A stretch of 24,000 nt of DNA from Crenobacter caeni (GCF_010435965.1 NZ_JAAGAA010000015.1:7842-31841); one strand, 5' to 3'; shown: positions 1 to 8,124, counted from the stretch's first letter. A program made the numbers and translations. The notes: generated from the letters alone by a model not told the origin.

Positions 1-282
1 GGCTTTCTGACCGTCAACGGCATCCAGACCATGTCCGATGGCTGCCACGCGCTGCTGCCGCACCTGACCGACATCGCCGCCATCGGCGTGTCCGCGGTGC
101 GGGTGAGCCCGCAGGCCACCGGCACAGCCGAGGTGGTCGCCGCGTTCCGCCGGGCCATCGCAGGCGACGTGGTCGAGATGGACAGCCTGCCGCGCCCGGA
201 CGGCGCGTGCTTGGTCGACGGTTACTGGCGCGGCGAAGCCGGCATCAACCCGATTGGAGAACACCACCATGCGTGTGCCTGA
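1..282 (+). CDS. 3' end of a U32-family (peptidase U32 / UbiU-UbiV-like) gene, 5'-truncated by the window edge
   Basis: Frame 1 is open from nt 1 to the TGA at 280-282 (GFLTVNGIQTMSDGCHALL...GVSAVRVSPQ...). Its end overlaps the SCP2/UbiT-like gene that follows, as in O2-independent ubiquinone (ubiU/V/T) loci. The family call is from memory of U32 C-terminal regions, not a search. Confidence 0.5.
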   Translation, partial: GFLTVNGIQTMSDGCHALLPHLTDIAAIGVSAVRVSPQATGTAEVVAAFRRAIAGDVVEMDSLPRPDGACLVDGYWRGEAGINPIGEHHHACA

Positions 283-703
283 CCTCACCCTGCCCCCGCT
301 CTTTGCCAGCGTGGTGTCCCGCCTGCCGGCCACCCCGCCCAACCTCGCGCTGGTCACCCTGCTCAACCAGTTGCTCAAGCGCGGCGTGCTGCCGGCCGAC
401 ATGAGCCTGCTCGCGGGACGCCACTTCGCGGTCGACGTACTGGACGCCGGCCTCAGGCTGCGCTTTGGCGCCGACGACAACGGCTTCGTGCTGGACGACG
501 GCCACGCCGAACCCGACCTGCGCTTCGCCGCCAACGCATCCGACCTCGCGCGCATGATGCTGCGCGAGGAAGACCCGGACACGCTGTTCTTCAACCGCAA
601 GCTGACCATCGAGGGCGACACCGAGCTGGGCCTGATCGTGAAGAACCTGCTCGACAGCGTCGACTGGAGCGAGACGCCGCTCGCGCGCTTCATGGCGGCC
701 TAA
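269..703 (+). CDS. ubiT: SCP2 (sterol-carrier-like) domain protein, UbiT/YhbT-like ubiquinone biosynthesis accessory factor
   Basis: ORF track 254..703. I prefer the ATG at 269, which has GGAGA at 256-260. The protein has the SCP2-type pattern (...DLRFAANASDLARMMLREEDPDTLFFNRKLTIEGDTELGLIVKNLL...). Confidence 0.7.
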   Translation: MRVPDLTLPPLFASVVSRLPATPPNLALVTLLNQLLKRGVLPADMSLLAGRHFAVDVLDAGLRLRFGADDNGFVLDDGHAEPDLRFAANASDLARMMLREEDPDTLFFNRKLTIEGDTELGLIVKNLLDSVDWSETPLARFMAA

Positions 704-933
704 TCCGAGACATTTTGCGCTTACCAGATTGCGCGGAAATGATCAGCATCCATTGTCATTTTCAGAAGACGCACGCGGTCAACTAGGATGATTTTCCGGC
801 CTCTTTCATTCGGGTGATCTGCCCCAGCCAGCCGTGCCAACGATAAGGAGAGAAGTCCTAAGTCCACATGATCGGGTCGACAGTGATGGGGATACCGACG
901 CTTGAACTCGCCGACTATCCACGCAAACCGGGT

Positions 934-1389
934 TCACTCCTTGAACGCGGCGGTGTCACCGGGGCGGCGCAGCATCTTGTTGACCTCATCTTGATGCAGC
1001 TCCTCAGCCAGGATCATTTCGCGAGCGTACTCTTCCAGCAACACCGAATGCCCCTCTGAAATCTTCAGCAAGTCGTAGTAAGCCGCCAGAGTCACCTTCT
1101 CATGCTCAAGGCTTTCCCGCAGGATATCTCCAATGTCATGCTTCTGCGTTTCCAGCAAAGAGGCAATCTTGAGCGATGGATGCCCCCCAAGCAGCGTTAC
1201 CAGCTCGCCGGCCTTGTTGGCATGATTCAAGCCCTCTTCAGCGTTGTCTTTCAACCAGGATACGATGGGGATACGGTTGTAGCCGTACACCATGAGGGAG
1301 TAATGGGTGTACTTCACCACACCGGCTAACTCCAGCTCCATGATGCGGTTCAGTGCGTCGATGGCCGCTTTGGTCGTTTTGTCGTCCAA
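934..1389 (-). CDS. ferritin-like (bacterioferritin/Dps-like) four-helix-bundle protein
   Basis: 151-aa ORF with a ferritin-like pattern (AIDALNRIMELELAGVVKYTHYS...AEEGLNHANKAGELVTLLGGHPSL...LEHEKVTLAAYYDLL...). It is divergent from nsrR. Confidence 0.65.
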   Translation of the reverse strand: MDDKTTKAAIDALNRIMELELAGVVKYTHYSLMVYGYNRIPIVSWLKDNAEEGLNHANKAGELVTLLGGHPSLKIASLLETQKHDIGDILRESLEHEKVTLAAYYDLLKISEGHSVLLEEYAREMILAEELHQDEVNKMLRRPGDTAAFKE

Positions 1390-1567
1390 GGCACTTTCCT
1401 CCTGTGAATGGGGTGCCTCTCAAAAGTAGCCTGCTGCTGGTCGCTTTCCCATCTTTCCATCAGGTAGCTATGCAACTTGCCAAGCAATGTGCGCTGGCCA
1501 TCGGTGCGGCAAGCGGCATTGGCCTCACTTTAGCCCGACCGTCTACAGCCGAAGGGCCTGCGGTGGC

Positions 1568-1618
1568 AATCCCCGTCCTTTCCGGCCTCAAGAGCCTCAA
1601 GACTGGCTCGCGAACGAA
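1568..1618. repeat. partial copy of an intergenic repeat shared with nt 7218-7262
   Basis: AATCCCCGTCCTTTCCGGCCTCAAG (1568-1592) matches AATCCCCGCCCTTTCCAGCCTCAAA (7218-7242) at 23/25 positions. The downstream CTGGCTCGCGAACGAA resembles GCTGGCAAGCGAAAACGAA. This copy carries a tandem 9-nt duplication, GCCTCAAGA at 1585-1593 and 1594-1602, and lacks the 3' arm of the hairpin. Confidence 0.6.
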
Positions 1619-1631
1619 TCGTGTTTATTTA

Positions 1632-1642
1632 AACATGTATTT
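1632..1642. promoter_or_regulatory. possible NsrR half-site in the ferritin-like/nsrR divergent intergenic region
   Basis: AACATGTATTT matches the NsrR half-site consensus AAGATGCATTT at 9/11. The same 9-mer AACATGTAT occurs in the box at 2656. There is no convincing second half. Confidence 0.35.
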
Positions 1643-1681
1643 GGAGGACAATATTTCCCACCTTATCTTGCGTACCCTGCC

Positions 1682-2125
1682 ATGCGCCTGAACGCTTTTA
1701 CCGATTACTGCCTGCGCACACTGATCTACCTATCAGTGCAACCTGACGGGCTGGCTACGCGCGCGCAAATTGCCGCCGCCTACGCTGTGTCAGACAACCA
1801 TCTGATGAAAGTCGTGCATTTTCTCGGCAAGGCAGGATTGATCGAGACGCTGCGCGGTAGGCACGGTGGGATGCGGCTGGCGCGTCTGCCAGCCGATATC
1901 CGCATTGGTACGCTGGTTCGTCTGTGCGAGGAGGACGTGCCGGTAGTCGAGTGCTTCGAAAAGGGTAGCGGCTGCCGCATTGACGGCTTGTGCGCGTTAA
2001 AACACATCCTGTTTGAGGCGCGCGAGGCGATGTACGCTACGCTGGATTGCTACACGCTGGCGGACTTGAGCGCCAACCGCGAGGCACTGGCTATGCAACT
2101 GGGGCTGCCGCAGGCTGCGGAGTAG
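1682..2125 (+). CDS. nsrR: Rrf2-family NO-sensing transcriptional repressor NsrR
   Basis: From the ATG at 1682 the protein reads [17 protein letters not shown]...[29 protein letters not shown]...[16 protein letters not shown]..., an Rrf2 winged helix followed by a three-Cys cluster region. It is colinear with my recollection of E. coli NsrR. The longer track ORF starting at 1487 is unlikely. Confidence 0.85.
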   Translation: MRLNAFTDYCLRTLIYLSVQPDGLATRAQIAAAYAVSDNHLMKVVHFLGKAGLIETLRGRHGGMRLARLPADIRIGTLVRLCEEDVPVVECFEKGSGCRIDGLCALKHILFEAREAMYATLDCYTLADLSANREALAMQLGLPQAAE

Positions 2126-2260
2126 GCGCCACACCCCACAGGGGCGTGGCGCTACTAGTTGCCGTTCAAAGCACGCCTACGCCGTCCGCGCCATCCTTTC
2201 CCGGCCCTAAGGCCGAGACTTGCGGCGCACCTCCCTCTGTGGCAGACACTGGTGTCGTCT

Positions 2261-2632
2261 TCAGTCTGCCGCTGTCAACGCTTCCAGCGCCGGGAACAAC
2301 TCTCTTTCCTCAAAGCGCACATGGGCTGCCAGTTTTTGCCCAAATTCGGGAAGAACGGTCAGTTCTGTCGCATGCAACCGCGCCATCAGCGCACGCAACT
2401 CGGCGTGATCATCAGCGAAACGGCAAGCCAGTTGTGGCAAGGTAGCCAATGTAGCGGAAAATTGGGCTTCTTCTGCCGAAAAGTGGGCCTCGAGATCGGC
2501 AAGAAACGCCGGTGCGGGTTGGACTGCGGCCAGAGCATGCACGTCGTTACCGGCACGGTTGATGCGCATGGCAAGTACCAGTGCCGAGTGATGCTCTCTT
2601 GAGAAGCTGATCAATGCAGGACTACGCTTCAC
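2261..2632 (-). CDS. hemerythrin (HHE cation-binding) domain protein
   Basis: 123-aa ORF with SREHH...HFSAEE...HVRFEERELFP hemerythrin-like metal-ligand motifs. An NsrR-like box lies just upstream of its start. Confidence 0.7.
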   Translation of the reverse strand: MKRSPALISFSREHHSALVLAMRINRAGNDVHALAAVQPAPAFLADLEAHFSAEEAQFSATLATLPQLACRFADDHAELRALMARLHATELTVLPEFGQKLAAHVRFEERELFPALEALTAAD

Positions 2633-2655
2633 TGTTGTTACTCCTTGCGATCTAA

Positions 2656-2678
2656 AACATGTATATAGTTTACATCTT
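2656..2678. promoter_or_regulatory. NsrR-type operator (11-1-11 imperfect inverted repeat)
   Basis: AACATGTATAT-a-GTTTACATCTT matches the consensus AAGATGCATTT-n-AAATGCATCTT at 8/11 and 7/11. It sits between the divergent hemerythrin gene and the DUF2249-ytfE-nnrS genes, which are typical NsrR regulon members. Confidence 0.55.
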
Positions 2679-2877
2679 TAACGGGTGGGCGCATAATGCG
2701 TAAAGGAAGTCGTAGCGATGCGTCTCGCGGCCGCCGGCGTGCGCGTCTGGAGGTCAGTTGGGGGTGAGGATCACGACCCTTGGCCACGATGGTGCTGTCC
2801 ATGCGCCCGGTTGCCGACTAGCAGCGCAACATTTTTAGGTTGACGGATAGCCCGTCTGTGCAACGTTAAGGAAAAGC

Positions 2878-3144
2878 ATGATGGCCCACGATTGTTCCAT
2901 TCCCGTCATTCAGGACGGTATCTACAGTTTTGACGCACGCGGCATCGCCAGGCGTTTCCGTCACGCGGCAATCTTCGGCGCACTAAACGCGCTGCAGCCA
3001 GGTGAAACCATGCGCTTTTGCAATGACCACGACCCACTGCCGCTGCTCTCGCAGATCGGGCAATTTTTCGGTGAGCGGGTACGCATCGAGTATGTGCGGC
3101 GCGAACCTGGCGAAATTGTCATCGATTTTTGCGTTGCCTCCTGA
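2878..3144 (+). CDS. DUF2249-like small protein (commonly linked to ytfE/nnrS/hemerythrin genes)
   Basis: 88-aa ORF with AAGGAAAAG upstream of the ATG at 2878. The sequence (...FDARGIARRFRHAAIFGALNALQPGETMRFCNDHDPLPLL...IEY...) fits my memory of DUF2249. The genomic context supports the call. Confidence 0.6.
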   Translation: MMAHDCSIPVIQDGIYSFDARGIARRFRHAAIFGALNALQPGETMRFCNDHDPLPLLSQIGQFFGERVRIEYVRREPGEIVIDFCVAS

Positions 3145-3280
3145 CCGATCCAGCCGCCGCAGGAGGCGCTGCCACATTGCGAATGGCCGCTTGGCCTGTT
3201 CGTGCTTGTTGACGGCTGCCTCGCTTGCCGGTGCGGCTGAGGTGACCTGCTTTTGAACTTGATTGTGTGGAGAATCCGCC

Positions 3281-4006
3281 ATGACGACCCAGCAAACCGC
3301 GATAGTCATTGATGCAACGCAACCCATCGGCCAGATTGCCGTTGCCTTACCAGGGGCGATAGCTGTATTTCGCCGCTTGAAACTCGATTACTGCTGCGGC
3401 GGACAAATCAGTCTGCAGAAAGCCGCGCAGGACAAGGATTTGTCGTTGGAGCCGATTCTTGCGGAGCTGGCGGCACTGCAACGCCAAGACGACACGCCCG
3501 AGTTTGCCAGTGCCGGCGCACTGATCGACCACATTCTCGAGCGCTACCACGATGTCCATCGAGCCCAGTTGCCCGAGTTGATCGAGATGGCCAAGTGCGT
3601 GGAGGCCGTGCACCGCGGTCACGCCAACGTGCCGGCGGGGCTTGCCGTGTTGCTGACCGAGATGCAGGCTGAGCTGTTCGATCATATGAAGAAAGAGGAG
3701 CTGATCCTGTTTCCGATGCTTAGAACCGGCGGTAATCCTTACGCGGCGAATCCGATCGGGATGATGCGCAGCGAGCACGTCGAGCATGGCGCGACACTGG
3801 AGTATCTGGCGGCAAAGACAAATGACATGATTGCGCCTAATGACGCTTGCACGACCTGGCAAGCGCTGTACGCCGGACTGAGGCAGTTGAGGGAAGATCT
3901 CATCAACCACATTCATCTGGAAAACAACGTTCTGTTTCCGCAGTTTGAAAACAATACCGCCAGTACCGGATGCGGCCCCAACGGCTGCGCGTGTAGCGGA
4001 ATGTAA
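3281..4006 (+). CDS. ytfE: iron-sulfur cluster repair di-iron protein (RIC; YtfE/DnrN/NorA/ScdA family)
   Basis: ATG at 3281 with GGAG at 3269-3272. There is an N-terminal ScdA_N-type motif (LKLDYCCGG), followed by hemerythrin-type motifs (ERYHDVHRAQL, HMKKEELILFP, MRSEHVEHG, HIHLENNVLFP). Confidence 0.9.
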   Translation: MTTQQTAIVIDATQPIGQIAVALPGAIAVFRRLKLDYCCGGQISLQKAAQDKDLSLEPILAELAALQRQDDTPEFASAGALIDHILERYHDVHRAQLPELIEMAKCVEAVHRGHANVPAGLAVLLTEMQAELFDHMKKEELILFPMLRTGGNPYAANPIGMMRSEHVEHGATLEYLAAKTNDMIAPNDACTTWQALYAGLRQLREDLINHIHLENNVLFPQFENNTASTGCGPNGCACSGM

Positions 4007-4010
4007 CTGT

Positions 4011-5255
4011 ATGCGGCACACATCCGGATCCCAAGCCGGGCGCACGCCGGCACCCACCGAGCCTGCGTCGTCGGTGAGACTGTTAACGCTGGCGCCTCAT
4101 CGCGCCGGCTTTTTTCTTGGCGGCAGTGTGCTGCTGCTGGCACTGCTGTGGTGGCTATTGGAGTTGGTCGGACGCAGTTACGGGGTCAGTCTGTCAGAAC
4201 TGCCAGCAAGTTTCTTGCACGGCCAACTGATGTTAAGCGGCTTTTTCCCGCTCTTCATACTGGGATTTATCTACACGGCCGGGCCGAAGTGGCTGAGCGT
4301 CGTACCGCCAGCCACCACTGTGTGGCTGGCGGCCATCTTGCCTTATGCCTTGGGCAGTGTCGGCTTGTTGCTGGCGACGCGCCTGCCTGTGTTATGGCCG
4401 CTTGCCAGTATGCTGCAGGCGCTCGCCTGGCTGTGGGCTTGCCTAATTTGGGGCGGCCGCATTCACGCGAGCACCACACCGGACCGCAAGCACGCATTGC
4501 TGATCTTGGCCGCCTTCGCGCTAGGGGCGGCTGCGCTTGGCTTGTACGCATTCGTTGCAGTGAGCAGGCAATGGCAGCTCGTCCACCATGCGGAGACCCT
4601 GTTGCTGTGGGGGATGTTGCTGCCCGTCTTCCTGATTGTCTGTCATCGCATGTTGCCGTTTTTCTCGGCCAACGTGCTGCAGCCCTACCGGACGTGGCGC
4701 CCCCTCTGGCTGCTGTACGCCATGGTAGGCGGCGCATGGCTGCATGGCCTCATGCACCTGATGGCGCTGCCAAGCTACTTGCTTGATGCCGGGCTGGCTG
4801 GGCTACTGCTGTTTACCAGTTGGCGCTGGCGACTTGCCCGGTCGTTCAAGGTACCGCTCCTTGCCATGCAGCACGTCGCCTTTCTGTGGGCCGGCTTGGG
4901 AATGGTCGTGCTTGTCCTGGAAACTGGGCCTTTCTCAACGCCGATCATCGGCGCAGGCTACGCGGCTTTGCACGCGCTGGCTCTGGGTTTCATGCTGTCG
5001 ATGTTGTTGGCGTTTGTCACCAGGGTGACGCTCGGTCACTCTGGACGGGCGCTGATCGCCAGTCGATTGACGTGGACACTGTTCTGGTGTCTGCAGGCCT
5101 TGACTATGCTGCGCCTGCTGGGGGAGTGGGTGCCCGGCCTGCGCACCCCGCTGTTGCTGGCAACTGCAGTCGGCAGTGTTCTGGTACTGGGGGCGTGGTC
5201 CGCACGTTACATGCCGATGTATACGCAGCCAAGGCCGGATGGGAAAGAAGGATAA
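4011..5255 (+). CDS. nnrS: NnrS-family heme/copper membrane protein (NO-stress associated)
   Basis: The ATG at 4011 lies 5 nt after the ytfE stop. The protein is about 414 aa, polytopic and hydrophobic, with an NnrS-like N-terminal region (APHRAGFFLG...HGQLMLSGFFPLFILGFIYTAGPKWL). Context: downstream of ytfE, with nsrR in the same cluster. Confidence 0.75.
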   Translation: MRHTSGSQAGRTPAPTEPASSVRLLTLAPHRAGFFLGGSVLLLALLWWLLELVGRSYGVSLSELPASFLHGQLMLSGFFPLFILGFIYTAGPKWLSVVPPATTVWLAAILPYALGSVGLLLATRLPVLWPLASMLQALAWLWACLIWGGRIHASTTPDRKHALLILAAFALGAAALGLYAFVAVSRQWQLVHHAETLLLWGMLLPVFLIVCHRMLPFFSANVLQPYRTWRPLWLLYAMVGGAWLHGLMHLMALPSYLLDAGLAGLLLFTSWRWRLARSFKVPLLAMQHVAFLWAGLGMVVLVLETGPFSTPIIGAGYAALHALALGFMLSMLLAFVTRVTLGHSGRALIASRLTWTLFWCLQALTMLRLLGEWVPGLRTPLLLATAVGSVLVLGAWSARYMPMYTQPRPDGKEG

Positions 5256-5924
5256 AGAGTACTAATTAAAGATCTTGATCGTGAGCGTTCGGTGGCTTCA
5301 CCTTGTCAAGCCGGCGCAGTAGCGATCAACGCTTGAGAAGAAGGAGTTCGTCGATACGGCTGTTCGGCCAGACAGGGAGCTTTTCTGATCTGAGGGGTAG
5401 ACAGCCGGATCCAGAATGTTGCGTCCGGCGTTGGTCAGCAGGCTCTGGATGGCGGCCGCACGTCGGCCGGTGTGTTCGCAGGGGGTGCTGCGGGGTAGCG
5501 GCACTTGGGCACGGCCGGCGATTGCTTTACACCTGAAGTTTCGATGGTGTGACTACCGCCAGCCACACCTGCTCGGCGCGTATCATGTCAGGCGCCGCAA
5601 CAGTTCGGCCAGCCTAGCCGGCGAAGTGGTGCCCGGCAGGCTGAGGCGCCAACTGGCCTGCCCCAGCGCGACGGGCGCAGCAGGGGGCATGATATGTACC
5701 GGAACCATGACGGGCATGCTGTCCTGCAGGGTAAACGCTCGTTGCCATCGGCACTGGGAAGATGAAGCCAGTCCCAGCTGGCGGGCATTAGCGCTCAGGT
5801 TCAGACCGCTACACGCCCCGCCTTTATTTGTCTTATTTCGCTATCGGGATCTTACCATTATGACCCAACGAACCAGGAATTAAGATTCAACGATGAGCGA
5901 TACCACCAAGACTGACCGCAGCCC

Positions 5925-7097
5925 TTGGGTTATTTTTTGATCTTTCTCAGGCTTGGCCTGACCTCCTTCGGCGGCCCGATAGCCCATTTAGGCTACTTCC
6001 GTGATGAATTCGTAACACGACGACAGTGGTTGACCGATCGCAGCTATGCGGGTCTGGTCGCCCTCTGCCAATTCCTGCCGGGGCCGGCCAGCAGTCAGGT
6101 CGGCATCGCAATTGGGCTGTCCCGATCCGGCTATGCAGGAGCGTTGGCTGCGTGGGCGGGTTTCACGATACCTTCAGCGATTGCGCTGATCCTGTTTGCA
6201 CTGGGGATGGCCAGTCACGGGAGTGCGATGCCTGCTGGCGTACTGCACGGATTGCAAGTGGTTGCCGTGGCGGTGGTCGCGCAAGCCGTATGGGGAATGG
6301 CTCGCAATCTCTGTCCAGATGCACCGCGCATCACCGTCATGGCTGCGACAACTTGCTTTGTACTTCTGGTACCGTCCGTTTGGGGGCAGGTAGGAGTCAT
6401 TGCCATTGCGGCGTTCATTGGTCTGTTGCTGTTCAAACCTCAGCAGAGGGCGGCGCATGACCCGTTGCCAATTGCCATGCGGCGTCGCGTTGGCCTGCTC
6501 TGGCTAACACTGTTCTTTGCGCTGCTGATCGGGTTGCCGTTGTTGACAGCCATGTTCCCGAGTCAGACGCTGGCGATGGTGGATGCCTTCTACCGGGCAG
6601 GATCACTGGTCTTTGGTGGAGGGCATGTCGTGCTGCCGTTGCTGCAAGCCGAGGTCGTGCCTTCCGGTTGGGTCAGTAATGATGCATTTCTGGCAGGCTA
6701 CGGTGCCGCGCAGGCCGTCCCTGGCCCTCTGTTCACCTTTGCGGCGTTTCTCGGCGCTTCGATGAACCAGGCACCCGCCGGCTGGTTGGGTGGCTTGGTC
6801 TGCCTGCTGGCGATCTTCGTTCCGTCCTTCCTGATGGTCGTGGGTGCGTTGCCGTTCTGGGAGCGTCTGCGCCGCAACATCCGAACGCAAGCGGCGTTGT
6901 TGGGCATCAATGCGGCCGTGGTTGGCCTGCTGCTGGCCGCTCTCTATCAACCGGTCTGGACGAGTACGATTCACGCACCGCAAGACTTCGGCTTGGCCCT
7001 TGTGGTGCTGATTGCCTTGATGTTCTGGAAACTGCCACCGTGGCTGGTCGTAGTTGGCGGTGGTGTCGCGGGCTGGTTTTTAAGCGTGGCCCTGTAA
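5925..7097 (+). CDS. chrA: chromate transporter (CHR family, ChrA); 5' end probably disturbed by a frameshift
   Basis: FLRLGLTSFGGPIAHLGYFRDEFV..., and a second internal repeat ...GSLVFGGGHVVLPLL..., are typical of the ChrA duplicated CHR domain. The track start is a TTG at 5925 without an SD. See the finding about the ATG at 5893 and the T6 run. Confidence 0.85.
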   Translation: MGYFLIFLRLGLTSFGGPIAHLGYFRDEFVTRRQWLTDRSYAGLVALCQFLPGPASSQVGIAIGLSRSGYAGALAAWAGFTIPSAIALILFALGMASHGSAMPAGVLHGLQVVAVAVVAQAVWGMARNLCPDAPRITVMAATTCFVLLVPSVWGQVGVIAIAAFIGLLLFKPQQRAAHDPLPIAMRRRVGLLWLTLFFALLIGLPLLTAMFPSQTLAMVDAFYRAGSLVFGGGHVVLPLLQAEVVPSGWVSNDAFLAGYGAAQAVPGPLFTFAAFLGASMNQAPAGWLGGLVCLLAIFVPSFLMVVGALPFWERLRRNIRTQAALLGINAAVVGLLLAALYQPVWTSTIHAPQDFGLALVVLIALMFWKLPPWLVVVGGGVAGWFLSVAL

Positions 7098-7135
7098 GGT
7101 TCTGAGCTTGACCGACAAAGCCCTTTACGGCGGGT

Positions 7136-7275
7136 CGATTGATCAGTTGCGCGGCAAACCTCGCCCTTCAGGGCGGAGAAGGATAGCGCGGTCAGCGTAG
7201 CGGTCAGACGCAATAGGAATCCCCGCCCTTTCCAGCCTCAAAGCTGGCAAGCGAAAACGAAAGGTCGGGGAGGAT
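7136..7275 (-). mobile_element. gene-less IS200/IS605-like miniature element (PATE-like): a long hairpin plus a copy of the IscB-element right end
   Basis: The reverse complement of 7136-7190 aligns by hand with 12771-12823, the right end of the IscB element, at about 41/53 positions. The alignment includes a hairpin with compensatory stem changes. 7221-7270 forms a 12-bp-arm hairpin (CCCCGCCCTTTC...GAAAGGTCGGGG) whose arm begins like the IscB left-end hairpin arm CCCCGCCCT. Confidence 0.45.
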
Positions 7276-7338
7276 GTCAAAGTCCGTGCAGCCGTATTCT
7301 GAAAACGACAGTTTGGTCTTGCCGAGACTTTAGGCTCA

Positions 7339-8124
7339 CTAGGAACTAGCTAGTTCGCCTTTAGGGTAGTGGCCCGCAATTGACCCGATAAAAAGCAATG
7401 ACGGTGGTTTGATGCCGGTTTCCTTCAGCGTTAGTGGTAATGCTGACAGGACAGTGCGTACGCAGCGCTCGCTAAGGCGTGTAGCATTTTCGACCACGGC
7501 AACCGGTGTCATTGGGCTGCGGCCGGCAGCCAGCAAAGCCTCGACAATGGCTGATGCTTCACCGATTCCCATGTAGATGACAAGTGTTTCATCTTCATCA
7601 CCATGCAGTGCCCAAGACAAATTACTAAGTCCGTTTCTGCGATGCCCAGTGACAAAGCGGCATGACTGTGCGTGATCACGGTGTGTCAGCGGAATGCCAC
7701 ACGATGCTGCCGCGCCCAACGCAGCGCTGATGCCGGGAACGACCTCCCATTTGATGCCGGCATCACCCAAAGCATCAATCTCTTCCCCGCCGCGCCCGAA
7801 CATGAACGGATCACCACCTTTGAGCCTGACGACGCGCTCGCTACGTTGAGCCGCGGCAACTAACTCGGCGTGAATTTGTGCTTGCGCCATGGTATGCGTG
7901 CTGGCGCGCTTACCCACACAGACCATGCGAGCATGCTTCGCCAGCTTAAGGATCGCCTCGTCAACCAGCAGATCGTAGAACACGGCGTCCGCCTCTTCCA
8001 ACCGCCTCAGGGCGACCAGCGTCAGCAGGCCTGGATCGCCGGGACCCGCGCCGACCAGGCTGACGCTGCCGGGGGGCTGGCTGCTGATATTGCTCCAGCC
8101 TGAAAAAGTAACTGATTGCTCCAT
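7339..8124 (-). CDS. nirE: uroporphyrinogen-III C-methyltransferase (SUMT; NirE/CobA) for heme d1 synthesis
   Basis: VGAGPGDPGLLT...RLKGGDPFMFGRGGEE...VVPGISAA...THR... are SUMT signatures. I place the start at the ATG whose complement is at 8122-8124, which has GGGAG 7-8 nt upstream. The track ORF extends to 8292 but would overlap norC. Context: nir/nor island. Confidence 0.85.
   Translation of the reverse strand: MEQSVTFSGWSNISSQPPGSVSLVGAGPGDPGLLTLVALRRLEEADAVFYDLLVDEAILKLAKHARMVCVGKRASTHTMAQAQIHAELVAAAQRSERVVRLKGGDPFMFGRGGEEIDALGDAGIKWEVVPGISAALGAAASCGIPLTHRDHAQSCRFVTGHRRNGLSNLSWALHGDEDETLVIYMGIGEASAIVEALLAAGRSPMTPVAVVENATRLSERCVRTVLSALPLTLKETGIKPPSLLFIGSIAGHYPKGELASS

Noticed and set aside
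254-268. TTG start at 254 for the ubiT-like gene, as given in the ORF track
   Set aside because: The ATG at 269 has a GGAGA at proper spacing, which would lie inside the coding region under the TTG model. The difference is only 5 codons.
5416-5883. 155-aa plus-strand ORF upstream of chrA
   Set aside because: It has no RBS, a Arg/Cys/Trp-rich composition and no motif. It is treated as non-coding; see the finding on the gene-poor region.
7099-7117. 8-mer CTGAGCTT shared between the chrA-downstream flank (7103-7110) and the norF-like 3' end (11080-11087), considered as a possible omega-RNA guide/target match
   Set aside because: Only 8 nt match, which is expected by chance about once in 48 kb of two-strand sequence. 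The orientation relative to the two element copies is also inconsistent.
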